Shown piece after piece: positions 57,779 through 64,000 of a stretch of 64,000 bases of DNA. The stretch lies in the NCBI GenBank assembly GCA_048938385.1, contig JBHLMG010000007.1, positions 38,947-102,946 on the forward strand. Reading direction: 5' to 3'. The notes under the pieces were generated by a model. The model was not told where the DNA came from. It was given only the letters and a program-made list of their open reading frames with translations, and made no database searches. The DNA is from Promethearchaeota archaeon. Lineage in GTDB: Archaea > Asgardarchaeota > Hermodarchaeia > Hermodarchaeales > Hermodarchaeaceae. Numbering within the stretch: the first letter of the stretch is position 1; the number at the start of each line of letters is the position of its first letter. The translations under genes and the position numbers were made by a program.

Positions 57779-59023
57779 ATGGAACCTGAAATAAGCGATG
57801 TTAGCAGCAGGGATGAGGATGCAGGCTTAGTAATCCTCTCCCATCCGCGACGCAGTTACGCTTTCTTATTGGTTTCTAATTTTCTTTGGTTCTTTGGTTT
57901 GGGTTTGTATTCTAACTTCCTGAGCCTTTTCCTAACGGGTATTGGTGCCAGTCCTATTGATGCTGGGCTTTTCTCTTCTCTTATGATGGCCAGTGGCATT
58001 CTTTGGACGGGCTTAGGTGGCGTGCTAACGACACGGTTCGGCGTCAAACCCCTGCTAATCATTGGTTGGCTCATCGTCATCCCCGCTCCAATCTTCTATA
58101 TCTTCGCTCAATCTTTAGGTTGGCACCTCGCCCTTATCGGAGCGTTCTTTGAAGGAAGCGCGCTCCTCGCTGTTGCTCCTTTTCGCACATACACCTCGCT
58201 AGTAACGACGCAAAAACAACGAGGATTTGGCTATTCCCTTATTGCCTCATCATCAGCTATTGCAGGCATCCCGGCGCCTACTGTTGGTGGGCTCCTGATT
58301 GCGTGGTTTGGGTACAACAACCTCTTCATCTTAGTCACAATCATTTATGTCATAAGCACCGTGATGCTTATTCCCCTCACCACGGCTCAGCGAACTCAGG
58401 ACACGCAAAACCGCCAATGGCGAGGGGACTTCCTTTCCAACCGAACCTTTATTCTCGCAACTCTTTTTATGGGGGTCGTGTTTTCAATTGTCACTCTTGC
58501 TGACTTCTTCGTTCCCCTCTTTTTGAATATTAAATTCGGATTCACTGAAGCTCAAATCGGTGTTCTCTTCACGATTCTCAGTGCTAGTGGAGCCCTCTTC
58601 GGTCCTCTCTTGGGTGTTGCCGGAGATCGCTGGGGTCATGTGAAAGTGCTAACCTTCCCAATCATTGGATTGATGAGTTACTATCTCCTACTCATTCTCC
58701 TCCCATTATCGATCATGCTGCCGCTAGCGTATATAGTGCGTGGCCTCGCATTTGGTACCTATATCCTCACTAATGCGATTATCTCTCAAAAAATCCATCC
58801 CACTCAACTCCCTAACGCCTTTGCTGTACATGTTCTAGCATCTCGCGCGATTACACCTTTCACTCCGTACCTCGGGGGCATCGCTTATACTGTACATCCC
58901 GTCTTTCCCTTGTTGACCAGTGGCTTAATCCTTCCAATCAACTTTGTTATCCTCTTTCTTCTCCATCGAAGTCAACAATCCGAGGGATCAAAAAGACCTC
59001 CACTCAAAGCTTCACCATCTTAA
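57779..59023 (+). CDS. MFS transporter
   Basis: About 12 TM segments; GGVLTTRFG, GVAGDRWG. Confidence 0.9.
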   Translation: MEPEISDVSSRDEDAGLVILSHPRRSYAFLLVSNFLWFFGLGLYSNFLSLFLTGIGASPIDAGLFSSLMMASGILWTGLGGVLTTRFGVKPLLIIGWLIVIPAPIFYIFAQSLGWHLALIGAFFEGSALLAVAPFRTYTSLVTTQKQRGFGYSLIASSSAIAGIPAPTVGGLLIAWFGYNNLFILVTIIYVISTVMLIPLTTAQRTQDTQNRQWRGDFLSNRTFILATLFMGVVFSIVTLADFFVPLFLNIKFGFTEAQIGVLFTILSASGALFGPLLGVAGDRWGHVKVLTFPIIGLMSYYLLLILLPLSIMLPLAYIVRGLAFGTYILTNAIISQKIHPTQLPNAFAVHVLASRAITPFTPYLGGIAYTVHPVFPLLTSGLILPINFVILFLLHRSQQSEGSKRPPLKASPS

Positions 59024-59096
59024 TCGTGGGTCTGTGCGTATTACTGGAGTATTTCAAGGATTTTGCATAATATCCTTCACTGCAAAGGTGTATTCA

Positions 59097-59504
59097 ATGG
59101 TTCTTGAATTTATCATCGGAGTCATGGCCCTCGTCATCTTGGGTCTCCTACTGTACATCTGGTATCAGCGCCGAATGCTCGATGTTCGCGTTCGAGATCA
59201 CATCCAACGCGAACAAGACCGCATCCGAAAGGATGCTCTCACAAAGAGTCGTGCAGTTTTGAAAGGCAAAATAGCCGAGCAGATGGCTCCTCTCCTCGAG
59301 GCTTTTCCGTTCCAACCTGCTGATGCCCGCTTCATTGGTTCTCCTGTTGACTATATTGTCTTCGTTGGTTATCATAAAAATGAACCCACCGAGGTCGTCC
59401 TCGTTGACATTAAAACGGGGAACGCTCAACTCAGTCCTATTGAACGGAAAATTGAGCGCTTAGTGCAGGCTAAACGGGTTCAGTGGATGACGGTTCGGGT
59501 ATAA
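59097..59504 (+). CDS. Membrane-anchored Holliday-junction-resolvase-like endonuclease (Endonuc_Holl)
   Basis: N-terminal TM, SRAVLKGKIAEQMAP, RFIGSPVDYIVF, DIKTG. Confidence 0.88.
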   Translation: MVLEFIIGVMALVILGLLLYIWYQRRMLDVRVRDHIQREQDRIRKDALTKSRAVLKGKIAEQMAPLLEAFPFQPADARFIGSPVDYIVFVGYHKNEPTEVVLVDIKTGNAQLSPIERKIERLVQAKRVQWMTVRV

Positions 59505-59525
59505 AGCGAGTGGCATAGTTCCGTG

Positions 59526-59852
59526 CTACTTATTATGCGGTCTACGACGACAGGATCCTCCTTTGGGGCAGTAGTGTTGGATGTGGTTATCGATGATTTT
59601 GAAGAGCGGCTCCATAGTTTCGCTGTTCAAGGTGTAAATGCGTTCTTTTCCTTGCCGTTCTACAAACACGAAACCACACTGGACGAGAGGGCGAAGGTTG
59701 TGTGATACCATGCTCTGTTCTTGACCGAGGGATTGTATGATCTGCGTCACATTACTGGGTCCCTCGCGCAGGAATTCAAGGATGGCGAGTCGCGTTGGAT
59801 TACCCAAAGTGGAAAAGAATAGGTGGCAAGATTGGCTAAGTTCCGTTTTCAT
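59526..59852 (-). CDS. ArsR/SmtB family transcriptional repressor
   Basis: FSTLGNPTRLAIL, QSMVSHNL, ERQGKERIY; ATG at 59852. Confidence 0.92.
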   Translation of the reverse strand: MKTELSQSCHLFFSTLGNPTRLAILEFLREGPSNVTQIIQSLGQEQSMVSHNLRPLVQCGFVFVERQGKERIYTLNSETMEPLFKIIDNHIQHYCPKGGSCRRRPHNK

Positions 59853-59871
59853 GTTTAGGCACCGTCTTGAT

Positions 59872-59887
59872 ATGAAAGTTTTTTCAT
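59872..59887. promoter_or_regulatory. Putative ArsR/SmtB operator 1
   Basis: Perfect inverted repeat ATGAAA-GTTT-TTTCAT (TGAA-N6-TTCA). Confidence 0.6.
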
Positions 59888-59951
59888 TCATTAATCTTTA
59901 AAACTTGTGGGTTTCTAATCATTGAACCGATTATAGCGGAATGCTTAAATA

Positions 59952-59973
59952 CATATGAAATTATTCTCATATG
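59952..59973. promoter_or_regulatory. Putative ArsR/SmtB operator 2
   Basis: CATATGA-N8-TCATATG immediately downstream of TATA-like GCTTAAATA. Confidence 0.62.
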
Positions 59974-59996
59974 ATGAATATTTCAGGTGATGTTTC

Positions 59997-61220
59997 GTGA
60001 AGCGTACATCCTCCATGGACCCCGCTAGAAAGAAAGCCCTCAAAGAGATTATCAAAGATCTTCATGCCGGCTCGTCTCTCAAAGAGGTGAAAGCCAAAGC
60101 CGATGATTTACTCCGCAGTTGTACCCCCCACGAGATTGCTCAAATCGAGGAGGAGCTCATTCGTGAAGGTATGCCCGTTGAGCAAGTCCGTGAGTTTTGT
60201 GACATCCATCTGGAAGCGTTCAGAGAGGGCCTTGAAGCCAGTCAGCTCAATGTGGATGCCAGCCACCCCCTTTGGATTCTCATGGAAGAACACAAACGCC
60301 TCCTCGAATTCTGCCAGAACCTGCGTAGTCTAGCCAAGACCCTACTGCCTCTTCAGGACTTCAATACCGCCAAACAACACTGGGACGAGTTAATGCAAAT
60401 CATTGACCACTTTAAGGGAGCCGAAAATCACTACCTCCGCGAGGAGAATGTACTTTTTCCGTACCTTGAAAAACACGGCATCACCCAACCCCCTGCTATC
60501 ATGTGGGCTGAACACGATGAGATTCGAGCTCTTGAAAAACGCCTTTACACGCTAATAGATACCCATACAAAACAGGAATATGATAAATTCACTAGCGAAC
60601 TTTCTGAGCTCGCGCTTATGCTTGCGGAATTACTAGCTGGACACTTTCACAAAGAAAATAACATCCTCTTCCCAACAGCATTCCGCGTCATTACACCGAA
60701 CGAATGGATTCAAATCCGTCAAGAATTCGATGAAATTGGCTACTGCAGTTTTACACCTGAACCTAAACCCCTTCCAACCCTTTCTCCTCCTCAATCCCTC
60801 GGGGTAATCGGAAAAGGAGGGATGATCGACTTTGAGACGGGCGCGCTTTCGTTTCAGGTGATTGAAGCTATTTTCAATAATCTCCCGGTTGATATTACCT
60901 TCGTGGATGCAGAGGACCGTGTACGCTTCTACAGCGAATCTGGCGGCCGAATCTTTACCCGAACCAAGGCTGTGATCGGTCGAACGGTTCAAGCCTGCCA
61001 TCCACAAAAAAGCCTTCATAAAGTTCAACAGATTCTTGACGACTTCCGAGCTGGGAAACGAAACACTGCAGAATTTTGGATCAACCTCAAAGGACGCATG
61101 ATCTACATCCGATATTTTGCTGTTCACAATCCAGATGGAGAATACCTAGGATGCTTAGAAGTCACTCAAGATATAACCGACATCCAAAAACTCGACGGCG
61201 AGAAACGCCTTCTCGATTAG
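59997..61220 (+). CDS. DUF438 + hemerythrin + PAS domain protein
   Basis: LHAG...FCDIH, HYLREENVLFP, HFHKENNILFP, LPVDITFVD, CHPQKS. Confidence 0.92.
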   Translation: MKRTSSMDPARKKALKEIIKDLHAGSSLKEVKAKADDLLRSCTPHEIAQIEEELIREGMPVEQVREFCDIHLEAFREGLEASQLNVDASHPLWILMEEHKRLLEFCQNLRSLAKTLLPLQDFNTAKQHWDELMQIIDHFKGAENHYLREENVLFPYLEKHGITQPPAIMWAEHDEIRALEKRLYTLIDTHTKQEYDKFTSELSELALMLAELLAGHFHKENNILFPTAFRVITPNEWIQIRQEFDEIGYCSFTPEPKPLPTLSPPQSLGVIGKGGMIDFETGALSFQVIEAIFNNLPVDITFVDAEDRVRFYSESGGRIFTRTKAVIGRTVQACHPQKSLHKVQQILDDFRAGKRNTAEFWINLKGRMIYIRYFAVHNPDGEYLGCLEVTQDITDIQKLDGEKRLLD

Positions 61221-61294
61221 ACTGGCATCTCTTCTTACATAAAGGCGCGTTTTTTATCCAACTCAAGCACTTCTAGCATGAAGGATGTGGAAGA

Positions 61295-62410
61295 ATGGAA
61301 CGGTTATCCCGTGAAGCGGTCAATCATTACATCACCGGAGCTAAGGTTCTCGCCTGTGGCGGTGGAGGTAGCGAAGCGACAGCGCATCAGCGAATCAATG
61401 AAGTCTATGACGCAGGGGACTCTTTCCAGATGGTGAGCTTGCAGGAGGTTCCTGACGATGAACTCCTCTTCATCGTTGGCACCGTGGGCGGAGGAATCAG
61501 TCAAGAGGCTAAGCAGCTAGTAGCTCAGCTTCCCCGTGCACCGACTGATCTTTATGTCGATGCTGCGCAACGGCTTACCGAGTATTTAGGATGTGAACCC
61601 TTTGGCTTCATCGCCAGCGAGATTGGACCTGGGAATGGCGTGGTCCCAATGTATGTGGCGGCGAAATTAGGAAAGGTGGTCATCGATGCTGATTGTTGTG
61701 GTCGGGCAAAACCGGAAATCGCCATCTCCACCACAAACCTAGCTGGATTAGCTATCACTCCGCTATCAATGGTCTCACCCTACGGCGATTTCATGATTCT
61801 AAAGGACGCTGTGGATGATGCCCGTGCTGAAGTGATTACTCGTCATGTTGCAATCGCGTCCGGTGGCACAGTTGGAGTGGCACGATGCCCCGCAACTGGA
61901 AAACAATATCGGCATGCAGCTATTGATGGTTCGATCACCAGGTGTATCTCGTTGGGACGAGTAATTGTTGAATCCCGAGAAAAAGGTGAAAATGTCATAG
62001 AAAGAATACTAGCCTTTACCAGTGGACTCACCCTCTTTACCGGTAGGATAACCCGACTTCAACTTGTTGAGGAAGGTGGATTTACCACCGGCACTGTTGA
62101 ATTCTCAGGGGTGCTTCAGGCGGGTGAAATGCAGGGACAGGAAGTAACCTTACGGATTTGGTTCAAGAACGAATACCTCGCCGTTTGGTACAATAACACA
62201 CCCTTAGGAACTTCCCCTGATTCTATTTGCGTGATCGATGCCATAACCGGTGAAGGCGTCCCAATCACCAGAGAAGAGTTAAGAAACCATCGAGAGGTAT
62301 CAATCATCGGAATTCCTGCCGCTCCACAATGGCACACCCCTCAAGGACTTGAACTCTTTGGACCCACCCACTTCCAACTACCCACGAAATATACACCCTT
62401 TCCAAAATAG
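61295..62410 (+). CDS. DUF917 family protein
   Basis: GAKVLACGGGG, EIGPGN, DADCCGRAKPE, FKNEYL, PDSI. Confidence 0.9.
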   Translation: MERLSREAVNHYITGAKVLACGGGGSEATAHQRINEVYDAGDSFQMVSLQEVPDDELLFIVGTVGGGISQEAKQLVAQLPRAPTDLYVDAAQRLTEYLGCEPFGFIASEIGPGNGVVPMYVAAKLGKVVIDADCCGRAKPEIAISTTNLAGLAITPLSMVSPYGDFMILKDAVDDARAEVITRHVAIASGGTVGVARCPATGKQYRHAAIDGSITRCISLGRVIVESREKGENVIERILAFTSGLTLFTGRITRLQLVEEGGFTTGTVEFSGVLQAGEMQGQEVTLRIWFKNEYLAVWYNNTPLGTSPDSICVIDAITGEGVPITREELRNHREVSIIGIPAAPQWHTPQGLELFGPTHFQLPTKYTPFPK

Positions 62411-62451
62411 GGTCCGTTCACCTCCGCTCAGGATAAATTCCTTTTAGTGCA

Positions 62452-62506
62452 CATCTATATCCGCGTCGACGCCGCATGGCCAGCAATGTGCCTTTCTATC
62501 AGGCGT
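62452..62506 (-). pseudogene. Decayed radA fragment (relic 2)
   Basis: Minus strand reads TPDR-(frameshift)-HIAGHAASTRI*M versus Rad[22 protein letters not shown] at 63821-63883. Confidence 0.65.
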
Positions 62507-62534
62507 TCTGGAATTCAAAGTGGAATACAGTTTC

Positions 62535-62681
62535 TCAACGCTTCAGATACTTTTCAGGATTCTCCTCAAAGGCAGTTTTACATCCGGGAGCGCAGAAGTA
62601 GTACACTTTACCTTTGTATGTGGACTTGTACTTCGCTGTGTCTTCGTCCACTTCCATGTTACAAACTAGATCTCGGGCCAA
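62535..62681 (-). CDS. YHS/TRASH domain metal-binding protein
   Basis: ARDLVCNMEVD...YKGKVYYFCAPGCKTAFEENPEKY; GAGGTGA upstream of the TTG. Confidence 0.9.
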   Translation of the reverse strand: MARDLVCNMEVDEDTAKYKSTYKGKVYYFCAPGCKTAFEENPEKYLKR

Positions 62682-62833
62682 CAAAATCACCTCATTTTTT
62701 TTTGGAATCTCGTGCTGAACCATTTCAGTCTTGATCTGGCTTTATTTACACTTTTCGAATTGCTTACGGCATGTGAAAAACACCGTCGAATTCAGCATCA
62801 CCAAAGACTTTGTCACTGATTTTCTACAGAACC

Positions 62834-62917
62834 CTATGCATCCGCAATACCTTGCACCGTAATTGTGAAGAGCATTTCACCCTCCAGCAAGTAGAGCGAG
62901 TCAATCAATGTTGCAAC
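62834..62917 (-). pseudogene. Duplicated, decayed radA 3' end (relic 1)
   Basis: Minus strand VATLIDSLYLLEGEMLFTITVQGIADA* versus Rad[28 protein letters not shown]; by hand 64/84 nt identical to 63713-63796, ungapped. Confidence 0.92.
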
Positions 62918-62973
62918 CTAGTGTTCCAACCTGTCTATCTATACAGAAATTTTACAATAGCCTTCGTGATTTT

Positions 62974-63633
62974 TTATATCAACTTTTTAGGGTCAAACAA
63001 TCGGGATTCGATGCTTCGCTGTTCTTTTGGTATAACAGAGAGTGGAGTATTGAGGATACGATTGAGTCTACGATTAGCCCACAAACCTAAAACAACTAAG
63101 AACGCCCAGACGAGTACAGAAACCAAGACCAGAAGTGGAACTGTTAGGCAAAGTCCGATGGCAAATACAGACAGGATGATATAGAGTACCCAGAAATTCC
63201 TAATCCGTCGTCGGGCGCAATCCTGACAGGCCACGCCATCAAACGCGAACATGCCTACTGAAGAGGTCATGGTTTGCTTAATCCGCACAAGGTGTTCAAG
63301 ACATTCTAAGCGACCGCAAATGGCACACCAATCGTACGCGAATTGGTTTTGGTCGCTAGCACAAAGACTTCCCTTCGGAAAGGGGGATCGATGTACACGA
63401 GCTCCATCCCAGAAGAAGAATAAGGCACCTCCAAAAATAATCGCTCCAAACCACACGATGCCATTCATGAACCATCGAATTTCAATTAGCGGTGACAACC
63501 CACTGGCATTAAGGTATAATCCACTGGTAAGAAACAGAAATCCTAGGATAAGCCAAAAAGTAGCCAACAACCAATAGCGGCTATTCGTACTCTTTACTAA
63601 CTGAATTTGTCCTTTCTCTGATGGCTCATCCAC
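62974..63633 (-). CDS. Membrane protein with B-box-like zinc finger (paralog of 56708-57451)
   Basis: KGSLCASD...AYDWCAICG...LVRIK...GVACQDCA. Confidence 0.78.
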   Translation of the reverse strand: MDEPSEKGQIQLVKSTNSRYWLLATFWLILGFLFLTSGLYLNASGLSPLIEIRWFMNGIVWFGAIIFGGALFFFWDGARVHRSPFPKGSLCASDQNQFAYDWCAICGRLECLEHLVRIKQTMTSSVGMFAFDGVACQDCARRRIRNFWVLYIILSVFAIGLCLTVPLLVLVSVLVWAFLVVLGLWANRRLNRILNTPLSVIPKEQRSIESRLFDPKKLI

Positions 63634-63712
63634 TTGAAAACACCATCCCTATCCTGTTCTTCGCATCTCGCCCTTAAAAACACTAATGGCTTTTCTTTTC
63701 AAAAATAAAATT

Positions 63713-64000
63713 CTACGCATCCGCGATACCCTGCGCTGTAATGGTGAAGAGGGCTTCACCTTCAGGTAAGTAGGGTGAATCGATTAATGTCGCAATCCGA
63801 CGCTCTGCCTTGCTCTTCCGCAAGTAAATCCGCGTCTGTGCAGCATGTGCTACAATATGGCCGCCAGTCGGACGGTCAGGCGCGCCGAAAAATACGTCAG
63901 GTTGCGCATGCACTTGATTTGTCGTGACGACGGCGATGTTGGTGACTTCGGCGACGCGGAGGAGGTCGTGGAGGTGTTTGTTGAGTTTTTGTTGGCGTTC
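63713..64000 (-). CDS. radA: DNA repair and recombination protein RadA, 3' part (runs off the window)
   Basis: [13 protein letters not shown]...TNQV...PTGGHIVAH...RIYLRKSK...[11 protein letters not shown]. Confidence 0.95.
   Translation of the reverse strand, partial: ERQQKLNKHLHDLLRVAEVTNIAVVTTNQVHAQPDVFFGAPDRPTGGHIVAHAAQTRIYLRKSKAERRIATLIDSPYLPEGEALFTITAQGIADA

Noticed and set aside
14-63577. Many 60-165 aa ORFs overlapping longer genes on the opposite strand or in another frame
   Set aside because: Shadow ORFs with no motifs, lying within well-supported genes.
1-64000. CRISPR arrays, tRNA/rRNA genes, transposases, integrases
   Set aside because: No regularly spaced repeats, tRNA-like cloverleafs or recombinase motifs were recognised by eye; short or atypical RNAs could have been missed.

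Overview
Gene-dense archaeal chromosomal window. An Asgard affiliation is inferred from roadblock, longin/DENN-like, SNAP-like and MIT-domain proteins together with RadA, AfpA and archaeal Ino1, and from BRE/TATA-type promoters. 0-17.9 kb holds metabolism and transport genes (GH5, FabH-like, MFS, ABC, Isf/AfpA/Ino1/RimK, GH3, a DMT-RAM fusion), with a structured 700-bp intergenic region at 12 kb containing a candidate 12-aa micropeptide gene and a rod-like RNA leader. 18-32 kb is a co-oriented run of mostly uncharacterised membrane/surface genes, including a 1636-aa prenyltransferase-repeat/Ig protein and an MIT+PLD protein. 33-39 kb clusters eukaryotic-signature-like genes and a 57-aa histone missing from the ORF track. 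39-50 kb holds a sugar aminotransferase, metal/oxygen proteins, an exonuclease-less PolB and a stand-alone LigD phosphoesterase. 50-64 kb is an accessory-looking patchwork ending in radA. The most striking unannotated signal is two clear, and one possible, decayed copies of the radA 3' region separating cargo genes downstream of radA, suggesting repeated gene capture at the radA 3' end. No rRNA, tRNA, CRISPR array, transposase or integrase was recognised. All family assignments come from motif recognition by eye, not database searches.
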